Positions 34,955 through 48,765 are shown, counted from the first letter of the whole stretch. The stretch: 62,943 nucleotides of DNA, filler included, from Intoshia linei (GCA_001642005.1; 4 parts of 4 records of this genome joined end to end with filler, not necessarily neighbours in it), one strand, 5' to 3'. Made by a program: numbers and translations. The notes: generated by a model from the sequence alone, not told the origin.

Positions 34955-37900
34955 ATATTACAACAGTCTGGAGAAACTGTAATAGAAACATGTAATTTTT
35001 AAAATTAGAATTTTTTTAGTTTCTTAAATAAACGGGATCAGACAAACAGACCATCATATATTTTTTATTATTACAATACATCAATTTTTAACTAACATAA
35101 ATAATTTTATTTAAGTAGAATTTATTTTTTTGGTAGAATTAAAAAAATTCGCCCTCGGAAGAACTAGTATGTTTTTTGTACGCAGTACATAACAGTCAAG
35201 CTAGTATCGTACACAAATAAATGACGTATATAACATTACATTATTCTAAAGTTTTCATGATTCCAATAATACGTCAAATTCCAAGGCCTCATCAGAGAGG
35301 CCTAACCCCACGTTAGTTTTATGCAATAATATTATTATTCAAAAATTAATTAGTTCTCAAGGTTAAAAAATACATTAGAAATTTATATTATATTTAGTTA
35401 CTCAACGAAAACACATATCAATATATATTAGTGGACAGTTTAGTTCCAGTCAAAATAATATTTTCATTATCAGCTGTATGTTATTGGTACGATCAGTTCA
35501 AAGATGAAAAAGAGAAAGGTTTGCAAAGAGACTCAAAATATGACATAAATGATACTGTAATTATTGAAACTGGTAACTCTTAATAATTATTATATTTTAA
35601 GTATTATTTATATCACATCCAAGTTGGACGATCCAACTAGGGCTACAATTTACTATATTTTTTTAATTTCAACATGAGAATAATAAGGTTCCAAATGAGA
35701 ATAGTAAACTTCAAAACGAGAATATTAAATTTCAAAATTATAAATAAAAAAAAAATTAAACATTTAAATGTTATATCTTCCAATTATAATACAGGTGCAA
35801 TGTATCTGCTTATATCAGTAATACAATTAGCACAAGTAGATATACTAATTTAATTCATAGATTCTCTCATTAACTATTCTAGGGCACGTTCTCTTGATTC
35901 AGTCATATATACATTTTATTGTCGCTGTGCACTGAAGCATTATCAATAACGACGACAAAAAGGCTATTGTATTTTTGCTTTGCTTTTCTTAAACAATTTT
36001 TCATTTATTCTTGTGCACTTTCCTCTCTGAAACTTTTTCCTTTATTTTTGTTGTGGATAAGTCCTACATTTCCAATAGAACCAATACAATGTATATTGGC
36101 ACTCCTTGATCCAGCCCAATTGAGGTATAACTCTCACCGCGCTGTGATCTTATTTATTATTTATTATTCTTATTTTGAAGTTTATTATTATCATTTTGAA
36201 ATTAAAAAAGTATAGTAAATTGAAAAAGAATAATTGGTAATCACTAGTAAAACAGTAAAAAAGTGACATATTGCTTTTAAATGAAATTATATATACATAT
36301 ATATGTATATATTATATTAATGTTAATAGTTAGAATGATCATCATGACTTATACAAAACACTTTTTTTCTAAATGTCTGTGTGTCTATGTATGATGTCGA
36401 CTATAATTTATCATTTATTTTAATAATTAAGAGTTCTAGAATTTTAACAAACACAAATTCCAAGTCAGTTTTTTCCGAAGTAGAAGGTAAGATAAATTTT
36501 AATCGCAGAAACTTACACCTTACCCATAAAAATCCTTAATTATTCTATTTTTTAAATATGAAATAACAACATTATCAAAACGGTGAATTAATTTATAAAA
36601 AAATCATACGTCATTTATTGATTCATTCCTAATCGATTTCTACTAAATATAAACATATTCTTGATATTAATGATACCTCAAGCTTTCGAATTATTCCGTT
36701 TAAAATAGAGAATCGCCTTCTAACTTGTTATTTTTTTAATATACATACATTATACACAATTTTTATTATCATACAACAATACATTGTGATTTACATTGTG
36801 TTAATAATATAAATAATACTTAGCACATGTCAAAATGCAACCATTAAAGTACGGAGATGTTAGATACTATGGACATTTATCGGTCAACCGGTGCGATTGG
36901 ACAGCAGTATCTCAAGAAAAAAATATATTCACCATAGATACTACTGGTGTTTCCAGTTACATTCTGGACTTAAAGCCAGGGTACATTAATACCATTAAAC
37001 GAATTTTATATAAAATATATAACATGTTATTTATATGAAATATAGACTTCATGTTTTGAAAATCTTCATGTCATCACCAATTAGTTATAATTTAATTATT
37101 GCTTCATCTCACAATTTTGCTTTCTGCGATGAAGATAAAGTATTTAATGAATGTTCAAAGGCAATCAAATAATTTTTAACCATATTGATAATTACTAAAA
37201 TGATAATTTTAGGAATCTGCAATTTACAAATCAGTAGCAGAAGATTTAGTACTCTCAATTCAAGCTTGGTTTATTTCGTTTAAAATTAAATTATATATAT
37301 TTTAGCATGCAAAATTATAACGATTTGTCAAATTATCAAAAAATATTTAATAAATTAGTTGATACTCACATGCCTTTTAAAAATATAGCAAATATGAGAT
37401 TTTCAAAATATTACTATGTAATTAATTAATAGTTAATCATAAGATTAGAAGGCGAAATTTAATATTAAAATTTTAATTGAAAAAATGTTTTTATTGGAAA
37501 TTTTAGCTATTTGTTCGAGAAATTTATAAAGGGGTACGCCAAGTATATCAAGATTCAAAATTATTTAATTCAAAAATGTCATTTGCTTGGAGGTGCTTAT
37601 TTGAAGATTTTTACAACTCTACAGTTTTTGAAGCGGAAACTGTGACTGGTAAGATTTATTAAAGTTTATCAAATTATAACCATGTTTACTTCATTAAATT
37701 TGTGTTAAATTACATTTTTTTGCAAATAGACAGTCCAGCTCAAAGTGGCCGAGAATCCTCGAAACTATCAAAAAAGTGTAAAATTTTAAACATTTTTTAT
37801 TTATTTTTAAAATATTATTACACTATAAAATGTGTTAATTGAAATTATTATTAATTAACTCAACTTAGTGTCATTAAACTCATCGAAAGCTCAAAATGCC

Positions 37901-40900
37901 AATATTTTCCAAAAACCAAAAACATCAATGTAATAAATAATCTTAATTAACGTTATTAATTTTAATTTTTTTAATTTTTAGAAACAGCGATGCAAACATT
38001 GAACATGAATCAGCTAGAGTTATTCAAAAAGTTTGGAAAGGATTCATGATTCGTAGAATGATTTCATCTAGAAAGATAGGTACATTTGTATTTCATTTTA
38101 CAAGTTTGAGTTATTTACTTTGATGTCCAGACATCGAAAATAAGATGTACCGTAATATACATTTATAGTCTAGTAATGAACCCTTAATTAAATAGGTACT
38201 AGAGCAAACAAATATGTTTCAATGGAATTGAAAAAATCCTGCAATTTATTGGACAGTAATAAGGAAAAAATTGGATTGACCATATACAAGTAATTTATAA
38301 CGTGATCTGTTCATGATACATCATTGATTATATTATTATAATTTTATCAATAAGAAAATGTTTAGTAACTTTATAAAAAGTAATCGAAACATAATAAAAT
38401 ATTATCCATTTGGACGAAATGTTTGGAACAAGATATCTTTTGTTGATTTTAATGGAATTAGTGTCGAGCAGTCTCCGAGTGCATGGTTTGTGGTGGCAAG
38501 GTATAAAATTGACGTAATTTATAGATGAATAATAAATAAATAGATAATTTACAATATTAACAATTTAAATTTAAAAAATTTATTGAAATTGTAGAGAAAT
38601 CATCTATATATCACAACCCATATTTTTGGCATTCAGATTTTACTATAATTCTCAAAGTATTGTAAATGTGAAAGTAATAAATAATGATACAAAGGAAAAT
38701 ATCAAAACAATTTTTAACAAAATTGTACCTTGTAACTTTCTCCCAAATGAAGTTTTTATTTATTTTATTTTATTATATAAATTATATTACTATCATGTGT
38801 CATGTATTAATTTAGTTTTTTTTTATTTCCTACATTAAGAAATGACCATTTCGTTATTCTGCTAAATTGTATTAAAATAGAATGGATACTCAATTTTGAT
38901 TGAAACTGTCAACAAAGAAATGGCATTTTCAGTCGGAAAATGGAAACTTCGAATAATTGGAAACCATTCCGATCTTCCTTTATCTAAGAAATCTAATGAA
39001 ATGAATTCATCTTTTCAAATTCGAGAATTTAGAGATTATTATGTTCCAAACGAATCTAATGTACTTATGAGGTTATTAAATGATTACATATATAATATGT
39101 ATATAATTGAATACATCGTGATAATAAATCACCCTACTGTATAAAATTGAATGATTGGAACTGGAATCTATGCGGGAAATGGAATCATATTATATTTTTT
39201 ACTAAAGTTTTTATAGATACATTATGAAAGTGAAGGAAGATTGTTTACTTTCAATTCGATTTAAATTATCCAATAAAAATGCAGTTGTTCGATTTCGTAT
39301 TTACCATAACGATAATGTAGTCGTTGAAAGGGATGGTAGAGGTAATTATATTTAAAAAATGGTTAATAATATTATAATAAATTTAAATGTTATTAACCCT
39401 TACGAGACAATAACACGTATATAAACAAAAAAGAATCATCAGTCATAAATTTGCAATTGTTTGTATACTATGCCATCGTATTTAAGGTGTCAACTATATT
39501 AAAGTATTATTTATAACCAAAATAAAATTAGTAATATTAAAGGATACCATTTTTTAATCGGTGTTATAATAATATAATAAACATATTCACTATTTTGTAC
39601 TAATTGAATTTCTCTAAAAATATTTGTATACTGTTAGGGGGGTCGACAATATATTTTTTTGGGATGATTTCGTAAAATGTGTAAAATTTTTATTTATATT
39701 TTAATTTTAGTTTAATTTTAGGTTTTAGAATTTCTTTTGAACCTAATTTCAAGGGGGGTTTTAAGATTTATTTTAAGGTTGTCTTTAAGTTTGGTTCAAA
39801 AAAAATTTCCTAAAAACTCCCCTTGAAAGTTTGGTTCAAAAAAAAATCTTAAAAACCCCTCTGGAAAGTTCTGTTTAAAAAAAATTTCTAAAACCTAAAA
39901 TTAAAATATAAATGAAAATTTTACACATTCTACGACTTGCCCATAGAATGTGTAGTACACATTGTGTACATTTTACAATTTTACACATTCTATACCAGTG
40001 GTTCCCAAAAACCCGCAGTTGTACAAATTCTATGCAACATTGCATAGAAAATATATATTATTTTTAGTATAAATTTATAAAAATCTAAAATCTCTAAATT
40101 TACAATTTAATTAGAAATTACAATTATTATTAGAACCTTCTGCGAAGGAAAATACCCACTTAAATGAATTGTAGTAATTACTTAAGTTAGTGAAAATGTT
40201 TAATAAATTTTTTTGATTACATTAGTGCAGTGTATCTCAAAATATTTATCTAACGGCACCCCAAATTTTATTGACAAATTAAAAATCAATTTTTAAATAT
40301 TACGTATACAAACATATCAATAATAAAAATTAATGAATTTATTTTAACTAATATTTAATTTAGGGTAGATACATGAGCTTCCTTTGATTTTGAGATATCT
40401 TTTATATTTAAATCAAAATTTGATAGACACACTTTGAGTTCTTCGTCAATTGACTGCAATCTTTCTCTTTTTTTAGTTTTAATATTGGTTAAAGCTGAAA
40501 ATCCCTGTTCGCATAAGTGCTATGTGCTGAATTGTAACAGTATCATTAATGTTTTTCTAGCTACATTAGGATATTCATGTAATAATTGAAACCAAAATTT
40601 GTAATAATAATAATTAATATTATTAACATTAATATTATTAATGTAAAAGAAATTTCTCTTCGGCACCCCTAGAAAATCTCGCGGCACACCGTTTGAGAAA
40701 CACTGCATTAGTGTGTCGAACATTCAATTGAACAATGTATTGCTTAAGCTATACATCTTGGAACAACATAATCATTGATTTTACTAATTAATCATATTAA
40801 TATTTAGGACAAATTTTTGTTGGTTTCTTTTTGATGGGAAAATTTTTTTGCATATTTTTTTATATATTTTGAAATAATTTTGGTGGGTTTTTAAGTGGAA

Positions 40901-43900
40901 TATATTTCAACTCTTTTTTAAATATTTTGAAGATAATTATGGTATCAAATTTTTGTAGTTTTTTAAAGTGGATTTCTTTTTTTTTTTTTTAAATATATTA
41001 AACCTAATTTGGAATTAAACTTTTGTAGGTTTTTTAAGGGAACTTCAAAATCTTTAAAAATGATATGAAAATATTTTCCACTAAAATTAAAACCCAGAAA
41101 ATGTTTGGTCCAAAAATCAATATAATTAATTGGTAAAATCGATGATTAAATCGCTCTACAATACATTGCTCAAATTAACATTGTTTTAGAATCTAGAGAA
41201 TGGACCATAAGTGTAGATTAATTTAAAATTTGAACGTTACATTTAGAGAAATTAAAATTAGATTATAAGTAAAAGAGCACTACCCCAAAATATACCGTTA
41301 TAAACTACAGTAATCCGCAAAAATTTGAATATATTACATTCGTTATAAAAACTATTCAAAAATTATTGTATCCGTTAGAAAATAATTTTTAATTTTATTT
41401 AATGATTATTTTGAAATCTCTGGGTTAATAAATATAAAATATATTTGTATATACCATAAATAAGTCTAATTTTAGGTTCTGTATTGGTAGATGCAGTTTT
41501 ACTCAAAAAACCTTTCGTAGAAGAATCAAATATTGAAAATGATCATAAAACAGCATCAAAGCCGAGTATAATTTATAATACATACAATTATTTGTATATT
41601 TCTTTGAGTGTCGCAATTTATCCATTTTCTTACTGTCTATTTTAAAATATACTGTTCTAATCGTCTTATACAATATTTGAATTAAATTTTAATGATCATT
41701 GACTCTAATTTGAAATTTGTTATAAATTTTCCAATTGCGTATTATTAATTTTATTTTAATTATAATCCATACTTTTAGTTTCGCGAGAAAAACTCAATTC
41801 TTCATCTAAACTACAAAAAAAAATTTCTTCTGTAATTTTTTACAATTATAATTAATTGATTGTACTAATAAATACATTGATAATATAAATAATTTGTTAT
41901 TTGTTTGAAAGGACGAAAATTTAACAACTATAATTATATTTTAATATTATAGAGGAGTAGCAGTATTCATTCTGGGAGTGTGATTCAAGATTCTAAGGTA
42001 TCTTTTAGCTATTTTCAAGTATATTGAATTCAATTAGTTGCATAAATATGTCATACAAGTTTATGTGGACCCAGATTCTTGGGAATTAAATGACGAAGAA
42101 ATGGAAAATGTAGAAAAAATCAATTTATTAAATAAACAGGAAACTATGGGTTTTTAATTCTTTTTCAGATACCATATTATTACCAATATACTTAATATTT
42201 ATGTATAATATATTAATACAATAATTAAATTAGTATTTCAAACTGAAAACGATAAAATGAAACCATCAGCAACCAAAAATTTGAAAGACCGTAAATCCGG
42301 AATCGACAGAAATATTAGTAGTAATGATATTAAAATTTTATTACTCTAAATTGAAAAGTATGTAAAAATGCTGAATGACTTTGAACATACAGAATATTTA
42401 TTAATGAAATATGTTAAATTCTTTACATTTAATTATAGAGATAAATTCCAAGGCAAATGAACACCCCACTTATATTCCAGCTGCCAATGCTATTGAATTG
42501 CAGTACTCTCACTGGAATATGTGCATTGTTTTGGATTTGAGTAGTGCGGTATATAAATTTATTTATTTAGATTTACAATATTAATATTTTATTTTCAAAA
42601 GTTTAAACAATTAAAATTTAAAATAATATAATGATAGGAAGACATAGAATTTATCAAGGACACGGAACGAATTGATTACATAAAAACCACAAAGCGCATG
42701 TGGGAAGAAGCTGAACCTGGTAGATCTCTTAGAGCTTCAAACATAAGATGCAAATGGTTGGAAGATAATAACTATCTAAAATCTCAAGTTGTGAATGCAG
42801 TAACTTTGGAACCGATACAAGTCGATTCTTCACCCGATTTTCCAATTAAAACAATTACTCAAGTTATGATACCGGAAACCGACATTAACAAATATGCAAT
42901 TCAATTGTAATTTATGACGTTGATTATCTAGAGCAGTGACTCTTAACCAGTGTACCGCAGCCCAAAGATATTTCAGTTTATTTTATAAAAAAGTTTTTTT
43001 TTTTTTATTTTAAAAATATTTTATAAATTAGTCTCAAACGTTTACATGGATAATTCTCTGATGAATATTTTTTATATATGAGATATATATGATAATAATT
43101 TATTTGTGTTCAATAATATGGTCAACACCAAAAATATCAATACATTTCATACATAAATAGTTCTTTACTAAATTTAAGTTAACCAAATACTGTAAAAGTA
43201 TTTTTTTATTATTACTACGATTTTATATTTTTATTTATCATTTTTAATCGCACATTTTCGAATATCTATGTGCTTTTTCTTTTCAAAATTTTTATGTATT
43301 CCACAAGTGCGCTCTAAAGTAAAAAAGGTTAAGAAGCACTGCTTTAGAGCGACCTTTATTTGAGCGATGTATTGTTAGAGCAACATAATCATCTATTTTG
43401 CTAATTTATCATATTATTGATTTTTTCATTAAATTTTTTTGGGTTTTTTTAGGGACAAATTTTATATTCAAATTTTAAAAATTATGAAGATATTTTTGGT
43501 TCAAAATTTGGTAGAGTTTTTAAGGGATATAATCTCTATTTTTTCACAATTTTTAGACATTTTTTAAGATAATTTTGGAAACTAAATTTGGTAGGGTTTT
43601 TCCTTAATTTTCAGAGATTCTGAAGATAATATTGGTTTAAAAATTAATAGGTTTTTCCCCCAATTTTTAAAGGTTTTGAAGATAATTCTGGAACCAAAAT
43701 TAAGTAGGGTTTTTCCTTAATTTTTTTATCCAATTTTAAAAAATTTTAAATACCCTTTAAAATCTAAAATATATTTGATCCAAAATATATCTTCAATATC
43801 TATAAACATTGGGTGAAAAAATTTTCCCTTAAAAAAACCTTCTAAAATTTAATCAAAACATCAATAATATGAATTAGCAAAATCGATGACTGTCACTCTA

Positions 43901-45055
43901 AGATGTATCGTTTAATTGACTGTTTGTCAATTCAATTTTTATGATGTGATCAATAATTTTTAGGACGGAGGAGGACCCTGAAAAAATTTACAAAATTGGT
44001 GATTTAATAGAAAATGAAAAAGTTGCTAGAAGAGAGAAACATGATATTTGGAAAAAAAAATCATTATCATGGAAAACGTGGCAAAATTACGAAAAAAAAA
44101 TTAGAAATCAATCAAACACACTTTTCATGCATCGATTTGAATCTATGCAGGTTAATTTATTATTGCATTACCTGTTTTGCCAAATAGTAGATGGTTGTAT
44201 CGAGGGAGGACGTTTCCAGACAACGTATTAAATCTATAATTCTCCAATGTTGGCAAATTTAATAAGTTTTTATAAACGAAAGAACAAATAATATTTTCTA
44301 AACAAATTTTTTTAATTTTACGTGCCCTTCATGTTACGTGTTCGTCCTTGATTCTTAAATACGTGTGAAAAACTATTGTTGATGTTCAGCATTTTATTTA
44401 ATGTTTGATTTAGTGTTCGATTTAGTATATAGGGGTCCACGCTATATAACAAATGATCCATCATAAAGTTTATTATTACAGTATAATCTCAATTTCGGGC
44501 GCCATGTTTTCCAAAGTTCCCCAAAATCAGAGGTTTTAGATATCTAATTTTTGATTTATAAATAAAAATAGTTTCAGAAAAAGAGGCATACATTAAATTT
44601 TTTATTCTCGTTAAAAATCTTTAATACCTGAATTCAATTAATCGTTAATAAATTAATACTTTAAATAAATTAAAATGTGAAAAATTAACATTTATAAATA
44701 AATTGTAACAAAATTAAAACATTTTGTTTGGTATAAGTTAATACTAATAATAAAGTATAGAACCAAACTGAATTTGTTTTATTTTGATCCATATTTCATA
44801 AATGCATGAAAAGTATCATGCTTTTATCCAGCCGTAAGTATACCTAAAATTTAGCTATAGATTAAATTATCTATTTAGAAAATATGGGATGATTGTCGAA
44901 AAATGTTGAATGAAAAAAGGGACAAATATTTCCAAAATCTTATTGAGCAACAGCTGCCAAATGAACCTATACCAGATGAAAAACAAGCTATCGTTCATTC
45001 ACCTAAGCATTCCGGTAAAAAAAAAAATAGTGCTAAGAAGGGAAAAAAAAAATAA
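34955..45055 (+). CDS. ADGB: Androglobin (permuted globin + IQ motif + C-terminal region); the N-terminal calpain-like part is not in this contig
   Basis: Exons give YILVDSLVPVKIIFSLSAV; LDLKPG|LHVL; ESAIY...LVDTHMP; IQ motif ARVIQKVWKGFMIRRM; KISFVDFNGISVEQSPSAWFVVAR|E; VINNDTKENIKTIFNKIVP; WKLRIIG...FQIREFRDYYVPNESNVLMR; KDTERIDYIK...MWEEAEPGRSLRA; end KKGKKK*. All are collinear with vertebrate ADGB. Confidence 0.9.
35646..36222 (-). mobile_element. Internally deleted IS630/Tc1 (TRT/DD37E-like) transposon in an ADGB intron
   Basis: ~60-bp imperfect TIRs (CAATTTTACTATA.TTTTTTAATTTCAA.ATGA.AATAATAA). Minus-strand remnant GSRSANIHCIGSIGNVGLIH...GKSFREE...VVVIDNASVHS contains stops. Confidence 0.75.
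39677..39995. repeat. Fold-back element of ~41-bp units; related copy at ~17860-18200
   Basis: Inverted ends AATGTGTAAAATTTT / AAAATTTTACACATT and repeated GTTTGGTTCAAAAAAA..TCT.AAAA units. Confidence 0.6.
40228..40705 (-). mobile_element. Non-autonomous hAT (Charlie-like) element, TSD CATTAGTG
   Basis: CAGTGTATCTCAAA / TTTGAGAAACACTG. CATTAGTG at 40220-40227 and 40706-40713. Remnant FWFQLLHEYPNVARKTLMILLQFST*HLCEQGFSALTNIKTKKRERL. Confidence 0.9.
40726..41178. mobile_element. Long-TIR fold-back element; second copy at ~43357-43917
   Basis: Ends AATTGAACAATGTATTG...ATCATTGATTTTACTAATT versus AATTGGTAAAATCGATGAT...CAATACATTGCTCAAATT, with internal degenerate repeats. Confidence 0.55.
42934..43341. 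mobile_element. hAT-type MITE
   Basis: CAGTGACTCTTAACC / GGTTAAGAAGCACTG. Flanks ATCTAGAG / CTTTAGAG (6/8 match). Confidence 0.75.
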
Positions 45056-45109
45056 ATTTTATTATTCATTTTTGGTTTAATTTTACATGGATTCATCATT
45101 ATAATGATA

Positions 45110-46409
45110 CTAGGTTACTGTAATGTAGTACGTATTAACATCACCTAGCTTTGCCCAGGGCACATTTTTATTCTACCAAAAAAATAAATTCATGTTGAAA
45201 ATCTAACTTAAAAATCCTACGATTCACTATTATCCACCTTTAAAGGAGTGGTTCACAAACTTGTTTGAGGTGGAACCGTCATATCATAAATTTACTTTAA
45301 ATTGAATTATTCCATCTTAATTTTTTGTTCGTTAACATTTGCGTAAAGAAATTTAAAAACAATTGTTGTCCTATTTTTTTAATTTATTAGACAGAATGTG
45401 TGTATAATATTAAAAATAAAGTAAAAACAGTCCAATCCTAAAAATTGTCATAAATAGCATAAATTCCAAAAAAATAAAATTAGTCCAATACTAAAAATTG
45501 TCATAAAGGTGTGAGTTTTGGAAATTGAAATTTATATTATTATATGTAAAGATTGTCATAAATAATATAAATTCCAAAAAAAATAAAATTATAAAAACTT
45601 ATTTTGTCATTTTCAATGTGACAATATATATCATAACAAAGTTGTATTACTTTTAGTAATTCGTTGTTGTAGTTTTAATTTAAATTTTAAAGAAAAAGTT
45701 TTAAAAATGAGAATGTGAGATAGCAATTGCGTAGCAATGAAAAAAAATCCGAAAGAATGAATTATATAGATTTTCACCCATATTTCTTTATTTGAAATGT
45801 GTACACATTCAATGCACATGTTTTTTGAAATTGTAGGATCAATATTGACATTTTCAATTTTTATTTTTATGCAAATATTTGAAAAATATTGGTCGATAAT
45901 ATGTTAAAAATTATTTTTCACCAGGAATGCGTAGATTTCTGGAGTTGAAATTTTGTATTTATATCAACTGGAATAAGGCTCTACAGAAAAATTTTTTCAA
46001 TTGTCGAACTGTTAATTATTTTACATTTTTTGTTTTAATAAAATATTTTTAAAAAAAATATATGAATACTAAAATGCTTTTTTGACATGAAGACATCACT
46101 TATTTAGATTGAAATTTTTTGAAATTATAGGGCTGTTTTTATTTAAAAAAAAAGGGTAATTTTGGGTTTTGGCCCTGAAGATATATTTTTTTTAAATTCT
46201 CTAACTCGTGTGATTTTCCAAAAAAAGGACAATTGGGTTTTTTGACCCTTAAAATATGAGTTTTGGAGGTTGAAATTTATTTTTCTGACACCCGGAAAAA
46301 ACTGTAATTAAAATGTGGACTTTATAAAATTCTAAGACTAGTAGTTATTGAAATAAACGGAACACACACAGACAAACAAATATTGCAAAGCATAGTATAT
46401 AAGTAAGGA
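45110..46409 (-). mobile_element. Full-length (~1.3 kb) non-autonomous Helitron
   Basis: On the minus strand it begins A|TCCTTACTTATATA...TTTGTTTGTCTGTGTGTG and ends ...CAGTAACCTAG|T, inserted between A and T with no TSD. Other copies show the terminal hairpin TTTGTAC-GTA-GTACAAA about 10 nt before CTAG (48736-48765). Confidence 0.85.
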
Positions 46410-47171
46410 TTGGTTGGACACTAAAAAAGTTTGTCCACCCTTGATCTAGTTTTAGTATAATCTTTTTTAATCTTTAAAAGAAAAGTTTATTTTCACTAGT
46501 CCTTGGGGAAAAATTTTACATATTAATGTAAATTTTGTCATATGTTGATATTGCATCATTTTAAATAACATACAAATTAAAATTTAATTGTCAACCGTGG
46601 TTAGAATCACAACACTTATTTCGACTGAGAAAGGGTTTAATAAATAATACTGTGCGTAAAATATTGCACTGTACCGTTGTATTTAATTTTGTACAATTTC
46701 TTAGATATTCTTTCAAACGTTTTAAGCAAAACGTGTCAATAAACAAGTTCACAAAAAACGAATCAAAAAGTTAATTTTAATGTATGACATTATATTTTAC
46801 CTGCCTAAAAGAGTGAAAAGCTTAGAGAACTCTGGTGTATATGGATTATTTAAAAAAACCAAGATATATACAGTGCATTCCAACAATATACAAATGTGAA
46901 AAACAAACAATGTAATTTATAATTACAAACTTGTATAAAAAATTGTTGGATGCAATGTAATTAATAATTATATTATGATTAAATTGTACTATTGGGTGGT
47001 ATCGGTTTTTTGAATAAATTTACCAGTTTATTAAGACTTTAGTAATCTTATCTTAATTTTTATTAAAGATCATCTAAAATTTAGATTTTATTAATTTTTC
47101 GAGGTCTTATTCTCATTTAAAAATATGTACAATGTACATGGAAATATGAAATATACACCCTCGTTAACCAT

Positions 47172-47776
47172 TTACTTTTTGTACTCAAAACCTATTAATA
47201 AAAAAAAATATAGATACTATTCACATAGGAATATTTCACATTATTTTTATCAATAGAATATTGATCTGTAACATGATGTATTTGTTCATTACTTGTTACT
47301 TCATCAATGTTTTTTCCTTGCTTAGATGTATCGGTATTGTAATCAGTTGTGTTACTCTCCAGGACGATAAAATGGTGAACATTTGTTTTTACAAATTCTT
47401 TTCGCAGATACTACACATACATTTTTTAATTTTTACATGGATCTTACCGATAACACTTTTTTACTAAAAAAACATAATTTATTAAATATCAATTATAAAT
47501 TACATTAATTTCATTGTTTTACTCCATTTTTTATTAGCATTATTTTTAGCTTTCTGTCTTCTACTACTATAATTAATAATCATGTATATTTTAAATTTTC
47601 TAAATAATAAAAATGTTGTACAAATCTATTTCGTTTGCATCTTGTAAGGAATTTATATTTGGCATGTCCTAAATAAGTTTATATAAATGTATCGCCAAAT
47701 TTACATCAATCGTATCCATGCATAATAAAGTAATATCACAAACGAAAAATAACATTAATCCAAGAAAAATATTCAT
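47172..47776 (-). CDS. Small secreted orphan protein / peptide precursor (6 short exons, predicted by hand)
   Basis: ATG at 47776. Phase-compatible short GT-AG introns give MNIFLGLMLFFVCDITLLC-MDTIDDMPNINSLQDANEIDFSRRQKAKNNANKKWSKTMKLIKKVLSYLRKEFVKTNVHHFIVLESNTTDYNTDTSKQG...; the last exon and stop are least certain. Confidence 0.55.
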
Positions 47777-48444
47777 TTTATAAATATATGGAAAATCACA
47801 TACAATGATACAATTATACATGTAAATATTTAATTATGTAAAAATGCATTTATTGCAAAAAATGTATTGCACTATTTATTGAAATAATGCATGTTTTATT
47901 TTTTAACGGACTAAAGAAATTAATAAAGCCACATCTTTCTAAATAAAATGTAATCAAATATAGCAGTGCTTCTCATGGGGTGACTGATCACACCCAAGGT
48001 GTGAATAATTTAAGATGATTGGGGGTCAATGATAAATTGTTAGCATATCTTATTGAATTTAGTAAAATCTTATGAGAAAAAACCAAAATTTTACCAACCC
48101 CTAAGGAAAAATCCCATTTTACCAAACTGTTACATCAAAAATCCCTATATACGATAAAAAAATACCCAAAAAAACCTACTTTTATGAACCTTAATAAAAA
48201 AAACCGCTTTTACTAATATTTTTGAGAAAAATCCCATTCTACTAATAATTAATATTTTAAAAATAATATAATAAATAAAATAATTTTAAATGAAAAATAA
48301 ATCAAATTATTCAGAAGCCCGCACCAAATCGTTAATAAGGTCGCATTTTCATATCTCTGGTTTATAGCATAAGGTGATTCATATACATAATTGGTATTTT
48401 TAAGTATTTATTAAATTAGTACTAAATATATATCATCAGTGATG

Positions 48445-48765
48445 ATTCATCACATTGAAAATGACAAAATAGGTGTTTATAATTTTATTTTGCTGGAATT
48501 TATGCCATTTATGATAATTTTTAGGATTGGACTGTTTTAACATATTTTTAATATTATACACACATTCTGTCTAATAAATTAAAAAAATGAGATAACAATT
48601 TTTTTTAAATTCTTTACGCAAATGTTAACAAAACAAATGATTGATAACAGTTAATAGTAGAATTTTTAAGTTAGATTTTCAACGTGAATTTATTTTTTTG
48701 GTATAAAAGAGTGCCCTCGGCAGAGCTAGGTGCTGTTTGTACGTAGTACAAAACTGCCAAGCTAG
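48445..48765 (+). mobile_element. 3' part of a Helitron-family copy (other 3' ends at ~5445, ~20090, ~33920, ~35205, ~50510, ~51967)
   Basis: CCCTCGGCAGAGCTAGGTGCTG-TTTGTACGTAGTACAAA-ACTGCCAAG-CTAG|T. Confidence 0.8.

Noticed and set aside
34955-35400. Androglobin lacking its calpain domain as a novel truncated form
   Set aside because: The first visible exons start at splice acceptors ~550 bp after a contig linker. The missing 5' exons are most simply outside this contig.
35919-36215. 98-aa hydrophobic plus-strand ORF as a nested membrane-protein gene
   Set aside because: It is the antisense reading of the Tc1/IS630 transposase relic between TIRs.
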